Source: Moniliella sp. 'wahieum' (Eukaryota). Taken from it: a DNA stretch of 60,803 nucleotides. The position numbers were made by a program, and so were the translations under genes. The stretch lies in assembly GCA_003971905.1 (NCBI GenBank), contig RSEE01000095.1, positions 186,001 through 246,803 of the forward strand, written 5' to 3'. The stretch's first letter is position 1. The number at the start of each line of letters is the position of its first letter. The notes beneath the pieces are model-generated. The model saw nothing but the letters and a program-made list of their open reading frames with translations. It had not been told where the DNA came from and ran no database searches. Shown here in pieces: positions 23,193-34,486 of the stretch.

Positions 23193-24625
23193 TTAAGGAA
23201 CCAGCGGGATCGCCAGGATATCAGGACCCTCCGGTTTTCGCCATCCGGTACCGTACCCTAGGAAGCGCGGGTGGACACGGATGAACGTGGTTGACATCCG
23301 AGCGAGGAACCATTTCCACTGAGACTTAGTAGCCAACTCATTCCAATGCGCAAACAACTTGCCCGCCGTCCTGGCGCCGTAGTATCCTCGCGTCGTCAAA
23401 ACCAGGGGGAAAACGGCTCTTGAGTGCGTCCCTGGTACTTGGCGTTCTTGTCGCATTCTGTTTGTTCAAGCAGCCGAAGCAGCTCCTTCTCCCGGCGTTC
23501 CAAGGGGGTTGCGGTGCTCTCCTGCACCACCCTCCGGAACGCGCTCTGCGCCTCCAGCGATCCGTGTCGCGCAGCGTGTGGTCTACTACCTCCATTCCTG
23601 ATCCTCCGAGTGCTCCGGCCCCATCACGCGGTAGTCGGTGCGCTGTGTCCTCTGTCTCCTGCCATCCTCTTCCTCCACCATAGGTTCGGTGTGGACGTGG
23701 GTGTCGGGGATGGAGCGTATAGGAGCTGGAGAATGGGCTCCCGCACTGCCTCATGCAACGCACCAAACTTAGCCTGGGAGCGGGTGCAAGACATGATGTG
23801 CTCCAGCGAGGACATGACGCCGCACTTTTGCACATGCTGCCCGTGGTGCGGCACAGCGTTCGGAGCTGGAGACCAACCTGGACCTGCTGGTCAGAGAGCT
23901 TGAGGTATGGGACGGATGGAATGGCGGAGAGCCAGTTGTGGCTCAGCGGGTTGCTGTGCTCAACCACATTGCGACCATCGGCAGCGTCCAGCTTCTGGAG
24001 CTCCTGTCGACTTTGCTCCCACATCTCCCGGCAGCACTGGCGTTGCTTCGTAAATGCGTTGGCCGTAGCCGTTTGCGGTCCCGCTGGGTCAACATAAGTG
24101 GTAATAAGATAGTCGTTGACCTCGTTGGCCGCGGCGCGGGCGTAGGGCGCGATATACGAGTAAAGCGGGCTGCCACATCTTCCCATCCGGAGAGGCAGGC
24201 TCATGAGCATGTCGAAGTGGTCGTCTTTGGCACCTTGGGGTCCTCGTCACCCCGGATCCGTCTGAAAACTCCGTACAGATGAAGGCATCAATCTCGGCCA
24301 GCACGTCGTCTAGCTCTCCTTCCATCTGCATGGTGCGGAGCAGGTGGCGCAGCTTGGTCTGAGTACTGAGCCGCCATAGTAAGAGGCGTCCCTGGCGGGT
24401 GATGCCATCAAACTTAGGCATGTTCTCCCTCAGACTGGCCAGCTGGGCCCGGAGCCACGATCGACGACAGTCTACCCCTCCCACACAAGTGCCCAGAACC
24501 TGCAGGCCATCCTCCCGAATCTGGTCCCGGTCCCGCTCGACACTTGCGCAGGTTGAGCTTGAGGCCTGACGCGTCGTCTTCCAAAATCTCCGCGGCTGGG
24601 CCGGTAATGCCTGGCCCTGGACCAT
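23193..24625 (-). mobile_element. 5'-truncated, degenerate CRE-clade (RLE) non-LTR retrotransposon, MoTeR/Cnl1-like
   Basis: RT C-terminal part GLQVLGTCVG..RQGRLLLWRLS.QTKLRHLLRTM, then SLPLRMG(R)CG (LPxRxGGxG), WLSAIPSVPYLKLSDQQVQVGLQLRTL, C-x2-C-x7-H-x3-C knuckle followed by LHEAV (RHE-like), and FPLVLTTRG in the endonuclease region. Confidence 0.75.
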
Positions 24626-25456
24626 ATTCGTAGTTCACAAGCCCAGATCGGAACAGTGATAGTTCTGTATATCCATTCCCCCCCATTTACATAAGGAATT
24701 GGGTGGATTGGTGGGCACGGTTTTGGCATTCGATATGTAGCGCCTGGGTAAAGTATGCAACATCTGGTAACGTGCCTACGTATAACCACTTTGGGCGTGT
24801 GTGGCGACGTTACTGGTGTATAATAGCCTCGTGTACATGGGGATACCGGTGGGCCAAGCCTTCAGCCCGTGTGCCCATCAGGCAGTCCCAGGCAGTCCCA
24901 GGCAGTATATCCCTAGCGCACGGCCCACACAACCCAGATCTTCACTGTGGCACTAGGTTATTAGTCACTAACAACAGTCACTTTAGTCATTAGCCGCCCC
25001 ACAGTCTGACAGATCGAGTGCCCTGTCGGACATCGAAGAGATGCCGACATCAGGATCTGAGATCGGGTGCTATCTGAATCAGAAGACTCGTCTGAGGAGC
25101 TGCTCCAGTACTAGGTACTACTTCCCAGGCTCTGAAAAGCGTGCTGGGAATGGCAGCTTGTCACATGTCAATGGGCTGTGCCCAAGAAGTGCGGCCCACA
25201 TCCACGCATCATGCCTTTAGCGTCTTGAGCGCTGAGCGGAGAGGTTAGAATATAGGAGAACGGCGCATTACCACCCTGCCTCAGACCTCCGGCCTCTCAG
25301 GTCTCACCTTGGCCTCAGCCTCAGATCTGAGGCGAGTTGGAAGGATGCAGCAGAAGCGTCGCTTGGTGGCCACCGTGTTGGAAGGAGATATGGTTGCTGG
25401 AGAGTAGGATAGTGTGGTGGTGTGTTGTGGATGCTGGTCCGACGCTGGTTCCTCGC

Positions 25457-25593
25457 GTGACGCGGTGACGCGGTGACGCGTGACGCGTGAGGGTGACAGT
25501 GACTTGGATTAAGCTTGGGTGCCGGTGCTAATGATCGAAATCAGTGACGTAGTGGCGCATGACGAGTGACGCGTGACGGGTGACGCGTGACGA
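25457..25593 (+). repeat. Two GTGACGC-type tandem arrays upstream of the forkhead gene
   Basis: 25457-25505 GTGACGCG GTGACGCG GTGACGC GTGACGC GTGAGG GTGACA GTGACTT; 25552-25593 GTGGCGC ATGACGA GTGACGC GTGACGG GTGACGC GTGACGA. Confidence 0.85.
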
Positions 25594-26050
25594 GTGCTGG
25601 TGATGCAGATGCATGATGCGTGACGAACGACATGCACAACCGCGTAACGCGTGAGGATAACGGGTGACCGGGACAGGAGCGCAACAGGGTACACCGCCCG
25701 GTGCCCCTGCTGTGTGATGCACGGAAGCTGCAGCAGGCTGGGTGACGGGATGCATGCGACTGGAGCAGTGCCCGGCAGGGGGTGGCACAGGCCGAGCACA
25801 GCTGAGGCGACGCGCTAAGCGCCAGCGGTAGCAGCCCAGGCCATCGGCGCAGGACAGCCCGATCGGCGGGGGGGCAGCCGAGCGGATGGGGCGGATGGAA
25901 TCTGGAGGGGCGCAAGTGGATCCAGTCGACGACGGCTGGCACCCGCTGTTGGCACGCAGTGTTGGTGCACCCTGGCCGGCCGCTGTAAGCCGACTGGGGA
26001 TGTGGGACGGGCGCTGCTGCACCCTGTCTTGCGTCCAGTCTCCCTGTCAC

Positions 26051-27735
26051 ATGCACTTCTCCAGCATGTCGGGCCCAGCGATCGACCCCAGCTACAGCAG
26101 TATCCACTCGCAAGGGTCGTGCCAGGTACTTAGGCCATGGCCCGAGCATGACGCTTCCTCGCTTGCGCCCTCCGCCTCCGCCTCCGCCTCTTCCTCCCTC
26201 CACCTCACTTCGCAAGCCACACGCCGCAAGCTCGTCGCCCCCCCCCCCCGCGCCCAGCGTAAACCCTTTGGCCATGTGGCTCGCTTCTCTACCATCAGCC
26301 TGCGCCTCTCCGACCCCGCCAGCTCCGCCTCTGCGACTGCCCCCCACTCACCCAATGTGTCCCCTACCACCTCCTCCATCCCTCTGCCCACGCTCAACAA
26401 GTCGACCTACGTCTCCCACCCCACCTTCTCCGCCACGCTCCCCCAGCCCACCTCGTCTGCCTTGCCCCTGTGGATGACCGACATCCCTCAGGCCCCTACT
26501 CCTCCACCATGCTCCCCAGCCCCGACCCCCATCTCTGGACAGGCACTCTTTCCTGTGATCACCGTACCCCACGACCCCATGGCCTCCGTGCACGCCGCTG
26601 GCTCTTATGCCTCGCATTCCCCACGGGGCTCCTTGGTGGGTGGCCGGCTCAACTGGTGCGACATGATCTGCCAACGTTGGCCGAGGTGCCAGGTACCAAG
26701 CTAGTCGTCCAAGACCTGTTTCTTTGCATGTGCCACAACTTTCCTGAAATACGAGTGGGCCGTGGGCAAGAATTGGGAGGTGCGTCGGGATCATCTCTCC
26801 TTATGAGCGTAGTGTGTAAGACTGACCCATCATCCCTCCTTTCCTTCCGCTCCCAGGCCAAAGTCAAGAATCGGATCAAATCCACCTTGTCCATCAAGGG
26901 GCACATTTTCCAAAAGATTCTCCGCCCATCCTCTGTGCCGGGCAAGGGGGCGTGGTGGGCGTTGCAGCCTGATGCACTGGAGGAATGGCGGACGGGCAAG
27001 AAGGCAGTTGTGATTCGCACCATGCCCGGGCATCCCCAACGTCGTGCATCCCGTCCCACACCCACCGTCCAAGCAGCGGGCTCGGGAAGGATGTCTCTCC
27101 GTGAGGCCAAGTCTTTGCCCAACATTCATTCCATCTCGCATCAACAGAGCCCGCCTGTGCCCACCCTGGGACTCAATTGGGAACCTGGTGTGGAGTCCCA
27201 ATTTCCTTTGGCGTACAACCGCTCCCTCCCTTTGGACCTTCTATGCCTACATCTTTTGCTCCACAGAGACTCGTATTTCCCGGTGCGCCCAAGCGTGCAA
27301 GTGTGGCGCGGGTAAACCAAGCTCCTGCTCCCATGCACAACATGGCTCTTGCCCCGTCGCCCCAACTAGAAGGACAGATGTGCCTATCCCCCTCACTCCT
27401 TTCCACCCCTGGGTTCGCCCCTTCCCCTCTCCCCGCAAATAGAGACGTCCACCTTGCCCACACCCGTCGTGCCGCTTCAACACTTGTCTTCTGTACCCGA
27501 TCTGGCCAACCAAAAGGGGAGGGATATGGCCCCTTTGCCTTCTGACTTTCTTCCCTTTGGATGCGGATCGGCTTTGGACTTGGATTTGATGAGCTCCGGC
27601 TTGCCTGCCCAACTACCGGCCCTGGCCTCGCCAGCACTGCCTGCCACATCAGTGCCGGTGTGCAGAGGACAACACATCCCACCGTCGTTCTTGATGAGCC
27701 AACACGGCCCAGACAACCGTGACGAGTCTAGCTGA
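26051..27735 (+). CDS. Divergent forkhead transcription factor, similar to Ustilago Fox1 (limits approximate)
   Basis: LNWCDMIC..LAEVPGTKLVVQDLF..MCHNFPEI(R)EWAVGKNWE | intron 26780-26856 (GTGCGT..ACTGAC..CCCAG) | AKVKNRIKSTLSIKGHIFQKILRPSSVPGKGAWWAL. This is the winged-helix order ending in PGKGxWW, flanked by Ser/Pro-rich regions. The Fox1 match is from recall. Confidence 0.7.
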
Positions 27736-29214
27736 AAAGCCATCCTGGCGTCTGATTCCCGTACATACACCTTAGCGGTGCCACCCCCTCTCTCTCTGGT
27801 GCCAGTCTCGTCCTGCTGTCCCCCGCGCGGTTATTGGGCATCCTATGCATGCCTATAGACCGAATCCGTTGCCTTTCTTATTCCCCTCCTCCATACGCTC
27901 TGCATAAGTAACCATGGGATACATTATCCTTTTTCCTGTCGTGTATATGCGCCTTGTATCTTCCGGGCCCCTTCTTCCACGCCTATACAACGCTGTACCA
28001 GTCTCTGGGATGTTTTTCCCGTCCAGTATCACATTCTGCTCCCGAGACAGTGTGGTGCAGCGCTAGTGCCTAGTGACTTTAGTGTGTTTAATGAATGGCG
28101 TGCTCTGTAGTCTTCGCAGGTTTCGCCCCTTCGTCAGTAACAAGTAACTTGCGCTGTGGAACTGGAGAATCAACAAATCTGAGAATGCGCAAGATGAGGG
28201 ACCGTGGAAGGGTAGGTAGATGGGAAGTTGCTCTTGGCATAGGCGGGCGCGCGCGCCATACACGCACAGCATTTTTCATCCTGACTGGTCGGCTGTCGAA
28301 GACACACATAGATACTACGCGGTTTACGCGTTAGGCAAGGGCCCTTTTCTGTGTAGATCCAACGCTTTTCAGCCTTCTCAGGCCGTGGCCAGAGTAGGTA
28401 GGAGCAGGTATTGGGCCTCTTCCTTCAAGCTTCAAGCTCCACCGGCCAGCGTGCTGATCGCCCTGTTCCACGTGCGCTCCTTTAATTCCTCCACATTCCA
28501 CAATCTCAGAATGCTCGAGTAGAACTAGAGAACAACGATTAGCCGGTAGAACTGAGTGCTGAGAATGTAGTGCCCGAAAACCAACACCAGGCGGCCTCGG
28601 CCTATCTAGCCCACAGAGTTATATCCGCCTGGACGCTACCAGCTACTAGTAACAAGTGACTAGCGCGAAGCGGGGCACCAGGCGGGTTTTTCTCGAAAGT
28701 TTTCATAGAGAGGATTGGTGGGGTGCAGCCTGGTGCTGCCATTGACATTCTTCGCACCAGACCAGCCAGTCTACCACACTGCCCGTCCGCTGGCTCCGCA
28801 GCAAACCACTCCATCACGCGGCACACTGCCCCTCCGCATGGGTTCAACGGCGATCCGTTCCCTGCCCCCGCGCCTGGAATGGCGTCGGGCAGCGCTACGC
28901 CACGGCGCCGCTTTCACGACACATGCTTCTTTTCTTCTACTGGCACGCCCGCGCGCGCGCTTTTGGGCCTCCGATCTCAACGTCAGCGTTCTCAACGGTG
29001 AGTTAACCCCCTCAAATCTTTTTTGGCCGCAAGTACAAAAGGATAGCCTTGGCCACTCTTGTCATCTATCTACCACCTACCACCCTACCACTCACAACCT
29101 TCACAACCCCGCTCACCAGCGTCGCTCTTTCTGCTACTGTAGGTCTCTTCCCCCCGCCCCGCCTTCTTGCATCGCGCCGCTAACCCCCTTCTTTCTCTTT
29201 CGCTTTCATTGCAG

Positions 29215-30094
29215 ATGTCTGCTGCCCCTGTGACTGCCCCCACGACGGAAACCCCTGTTGCCGCGCAGGCCGACGTCGTCGCTCCTGCCGTTGAGGCGCC
29301 TGTGGTTGAGGCCACTCCTGCCCCCGCCGCTGAGGAGGTCAAGGAGGCGGAGAAGCCCGCGGAAGAGGCTGTGGCTGAGACTGAGGCCGAGGCCAAGCCG
29401 GCCGAGCCCACTCCGGCTGCCGAGGAGGCCAAGGAGGAGGCCCCCAAGGAGGAAGAAGTTTCCAAGAAGGAGAAGAAGGTCGAGCCCAAGGCCAAGCGCA
29501 CCTCTTTCTTCCACCGTCTTTTCGCTCCTCTCTCCTTGAAGAAGAAGACCGAGGCGCCGGCCAAGGAGGAGGCCAAGCCCGCCGAGGCACCCCGGCCACC
29601 GCGGAGACCACGAAGGAGGAGAAGCCCGTTGAAGAGGCCAAGGAGGAGAAGCCGGTCGAGGAGGCCAAGGAGGAGAAGCTGTGGAGGAGGCTAAGGAGGA
29701 GAAGCCGAGAGGAGACCAAGGAGGAGACGCCTGCTACTGAGGAGGCCAAGGAGGAGGAGAAGCCTGCTGAGACCCCGGCTGAAGACAAGCCTGCCGAAAC
29801 CAAGGCCGTCAAGGTCGCGGAGGATGCTAAGGCTGACGCCCCTGCTCCTGCCACGGAGAAGGCCGGCCGTCGCTTGAGCCTCAAGGTCAACAAGCTACGT
29901 GCCTCGTTTTCGGACGTACCAAGAAGGCTCTCGAGGAGGCCGCTGAGAAGCTTGAGCACAAGAAGTCCCCCGCCCCTGAGGTGGTTGACGAGAAGACGGC
30001 CAAGCCCGCTGAGGAGGCCGCCGAGGTCACCAACGAGAAGGTGGCTGACGTCGAACAGCCTGCCCCGGCCGCTGCCCCTGCTGCGACGGCTTAA
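29215..30094 (+). CDS. Acidic Ala/Glu/Lys/Pro-rich low-complexity protein (frameshifted)
   Basis: Strong codon bias (GAG/AAG/GCC). MSAAPVTAPTTETPVAA..EEAKEE repeats with basic islands KRTSFFHRLF and GRRLSLKV. ATG follows directly on a GCTAAC..TTGCAG acceptor, implying a 5'UTR intron (donor GTGAGT at 28998). Confidence 0.65.
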
Positions 30095-31005
30095 GCGGCT
30101 CACACTTCTTTTTCGTGTGTGCCTACCGGCATACTGTCGGCCCATTTTTCTGTTCGTTGAGTTTCATCGGACGCCATACCCGCCGACCCCATATCCCCCT
30201 GGCAAATTGCCAGGGAGGTGTGAACATTCCTGCCACACACTTGTTGTGTGAAAGATACACCCAGTCGAGCACCGGTCCTTGCTACTTGCCCGTGGCAGGA
30301 CTGCTGCAATATTACCCGCCGCCTCTGCGTATCTCGTTATACTGCAAAGGCCGCTTTCCCTCCCTTGTCTTCCCCCAACCCGCTCCCCCCCTTTCGTTTT
30401 TCAACGACATCTCGTACTGCCCCTCCCGCTTTTGGCGTTGTTCTTATAGACCTTGACATGTTTGCCATAGATATCATCTGTATTTAATCCGTGGTCGCCT
30501 TGGGGATTCATGAGCTTGCTCTCAACCTCTAGAAGATGGTTTGCACGGCCTAATGATTAATGATCCTGTTTCCCAGCGATATCCTAAGTGCAGTGGTAAA
30601 GCGACGAAAGGTGCTGGGTTGAACGTTGAACGTTGAACACAGACTGTGGAAGAGAAGAAGGAGGAATGGCACTATAATAGCAGGCCTGCGAGAGAGCACA
30701 TGGATACTAGTGCGGTGCCGTATGTGTAAGAAGGTCAGAGTGATGGGAGGTGGCTGGCCCTCGGACACTTAGTCAACAGGCCCATCCTCCCAATACATGA
30801 ACGAAACAAGGAGCGAAGGAAGCATCCCAGGAGCGCCAGTCAAAACGGCTCGTTGCAGGTAGGTGTGGGCAAAAAAATTGCTCTTGGGCTGTTGAAACAG
30901 CTGCATGTGTTTTACCAACTCCGCACAGAAGCGGAATCGATTAAACGACGGCTACTTGCAATTTTGTGGGCGGGCCCGGCCCACTGCCACTCCATTCCCC
31001 ATCCC

Positions 31006-34000
31006 ATGCCATCCCACTACCTCCTCTATGGACCCCAGCTCGTCCCGGGCCAGTCCCCGCCCCCTTGGTATGCACCTACGGAGGATGCTGCGATGGCAGC
31101 GTTTGGAAGCACTTCTTTTGTTTCTTCTACGCCCTCTGCCTTGCCCTTTTCTCCCGACCCGCAGACGCCGCAGCCGGCAGCAGCGGCGCGGGGTCGTGGT
31201 TCTTTGGGTGCGCGTCGAGGGCAAGTAGCCGGAAGATTCGATGAAGGGGGGGGCGAACGGCGGGATCAAAGAGGCGGCGGATCAGGGAACGGAATGCGAG
31301 GTGGACGAGGAGGTGGGCGGCGGGGCGGACGGGGAGGCTCAAATGGGGTGGTCGATCAACTGGCCCAGTTCTGGCCCAGATTTATCTCGTCCCCCGCGAT
31401 TGGTGTTGCGCGTCCTAAGGCGCCGGTACCACGACATCCATCAAGCAGACCACCTCGACCTCCCCCTCCTCCTCCCCATAATTCCCATCGCCCGTATCAC
31501 CGTGATGACCATGTCCATGCGCCCCGAGGGCGAAGGGCAGCGCCTAGAGGGAGAGGGGCAGCACGAGGGGGAGGGCGCAGCCGACCGCGCCCCTCTTCGA
31601 AAAGCCCCGAAATTCTCCCGCCAACGACACTTTGGCCAGTCTCGAGGCTGCCGATGCACTCGACTTTCGAGCGTTGGAGTTGGCTGGATATCCGCGCTCT
31701 GTCCTCGCTCAACCCTCCCGCAGGTTGCGCCAGTCCAAAGCGAATGAAGAAGATGTCCAACGGGCCACACGCGAAGCAGCCGGAGATCCAGACCGGCAAA
31801 GGGATTTGCTTCGTGGTTACCGCAACTTTCGCGGTGTGTGCTTCCAATGTGCTCGTTTGGAGCGGGACGGATACCCCAAGGAGGTCTGCGACGTCAACCT
31901 TCTGCTCAAGAACGGGCCCGGCTCGTACAAAAGAAGACGATCGTCGCCGCGATCTTCGCTATGCGCAGCAGCAGGAACATGAACTGTTGGAACAGAAGAA
32001 GGCACAGACTCCACCCCCCCCCGACGCCTGATCCATCCACAACGCTGGACCAACCGGCCTTGGAACCCACTGAGGCCATTGAGTTAGAATCCTCACCACT
32101 GCCTTCCAGCCCTGGATCAGCTATTGCTTTGTCTGACAATGGTTCAAGGCGTCCCTCTTTACCCGCCGCATATGGCGGTTCGTTTGAGGCCGAAAGCTCC
32201 TGTTCTGAAGTTGAGGTGGGTCCGATCCCCGACACAGAGGATGAGTTGGGACATGTCGACGATGATGTGGTGGAGCTTGTCCACCCCCCCTCTTCTCCTG
32301 TGGCGTCTGCAAGAACCCGCGAAGGGTCCCAGTCCCCTGCCCCCGTTCGGGGCAAGCGCAAGCGGGTCATCGTCAGCTCTTCCCCAGAACCCGGCGAGGG
32401 AGAAGGGATGTCCACCCTTCTTGACTTTGCCTCCAATGGACTTCTGGATGACGAGCCCCCCAATTTAGACCCGCTACGAATTCGTCGCAACAGCAGGCAT
32501 CGCCCCGTCTGCACTGCCAACATCGACATCTGCCGTTCCCTTGTCCACCGAGCCCTCTTCGACTCATGGCCATTCCGTGGACGCACCATCTGTTCTCGCA
32601 ACATCCCCACCGTTCTTCCCCTTTTTTCTCCATCTGTTCCAGTCCCCGAGGAGGGAGGGTCATCGTGTCCAGTTACCCGAGGCCCCATCCCATCCTATCA
32701 GGGTGAAGGAAGAAGGTGGCGGAGCGGAGTCTCCTTTTGCGGGCGTGCAACCACATCCAACGGATGCTCAAGGCCCAACCTTGAACGAGGGCGGGGAACA
32801 TGCTACACCTCATGTACCGTGGGACCCACTTGCACTTGACTCGTCCTCCCTTGGCTGGAACGACGATCAAAGCTGAATGCCACGCACCTCCCCTAAGGTC
32901 CGCTGATCTAGCTCCGGCTCCTGTGCTGTGGACTGGCGCATCTGCACTGGGATCTTCCTCCTCCGTTGGGACGACGATTTCCGCGGAAGTTTACGCCCCT
33001 CCCCTGAGCTCGGCTGTTCTGCCAACATCCTCGGGCAGTCCAATTACCTTCCCTCTCAGTTGGGTGCGGAGCAATCGCCAGCAAGTGTGCCCTACCTGCC
33101 CACCGGAATGACAATGCGCTGTGCCGAGAACTGCATCACGTGGCCTTTCCGAGTCAACTTTATGACGCCCCTCCAAGCTAGTCCTCACACGAGTACAAGT
33201 GCGTCGCAATTTGATACCCTGGTTGTTGCTAGTCCTCGGGCCACTTGGGGTACGTCCGGACGGATAGGTCAGAGCAAGCCACCTTGGCTGACCCTCCTGG
33301 TATCAAGACCGAGGGGTTCCAGGTGCACGATTTTCGCCGCATTACTTCTCGCGCTTCCGTCTTGGTTGCTTCAAACTGGAGTTGCAACCGGGACAGAGCA
33401 GCCGTTTCAGGCGGCGATCCTGATATCGGACGGGTCGGGCGGGCAAGAGTGGTGTGTCCACGTACTGGAAAATAAGCCTCACAATATGGGTGCGACCTGT
33501 GTGTCGGGGTTCCCAAGGGGAGCGAAGACGTTGCCTTTGCCACGGGCGGCTCAGACTCGAGTGTGTACTATTGGGCGTGGGCTTCGACAATGGATCAGGG
33601 CTCGCTCAACACGGCGGCGACGACGATGCGGTTGCATACGCTGCACCAGGGCCAAGCGCTGCATGCGTTGGAGGTGCTCCCTTCGACCGCGCTGGACACA
33701 GGCACGGGACAACACGACGAGCCGCCGCACCCCAGCCGCTGTCTCGTGTCGTGCAGCACGGGGGCGAGCGCCAGCCGCGCAGGCCGGCTCGTGGGCTGGG
33801 ACATCCACGCGCACAAGGAACGGTTTGTCTGGACACTGTCCGACCGGTACTCGCGCCTGCTGCGCACAGCCCAAGGTCGATCTCATGCTCGCCACGTGCC
33901 TGCGTGCGGACGCCGAGAAGCTCAAGCTGTGGGACGTGCGGCAGGCGCGGTGCCGGTGCGCGTGTTCGGGTGGGCGTCGGCGACGAACGCCGCGGCGGCT

Positions 34001-34228
34001 GGCCCGGGGGCGCATTCCACCCGGTGCGCAGATGCTGTATGCGCAAGGATGCGACGACGGGCGGGTGCGCGTGTACGACTGCGCAAGCCGGCGGTGGCGG
34101 TGCACGTGGGCGACCCGCAGTTTGACCGTCCGTTCGGCGACCTGTTCTGGCAGGACGAGGGGTGGTGGGCGCACAGGGCGCCTCGATTGTGTCCTTCTCG
34201 GGGCTGCTGTAGGCTGGATCTAATCTAA
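31006..34228 (+). CDS. Putative WD40-repeat protein with RGG-rich N-terminus and Cys cluster (heavily frameshifted)
   Basis: GGRGGGRRGGRGG tract; CFQCARLERDGYPKEVCD; C-terminal WD-like segments RLVGWDI, EKLKLWDVR, YAQGCDDGRVRVYD spread over different frames. Confidence 0.45.
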
Positions 34229-34486
34229 TGCATAAAGAGCGACCGTCCCATGGATGCACGAAGCTTGGATGGATATGGGCGTGGGGACGCAGAGAGCGCA
34301 CACGCCCCAAGGCTGCCGCCGACAGGGCGGCAGTGGCTGTGCTCCACCTGGGCCGCACGGCCCCGCCGTGGCCTGTGCGTCGTAAAGTAGTGCACTGCCT
34401 ATTCGCTACCTTTAGTTAGTCTCTGGTGCAGCTTATAAGAGGGCAGGGGCGCAACTACCCCGTTCGCCCCTTCATCCCCCCCCCCA

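Noticed and set aside
25457..25593. Short repeat arrays as CRISPR
   Set aside because: Eukaryotic context, 7-8 bp units without unique spacers, and no cas genes.
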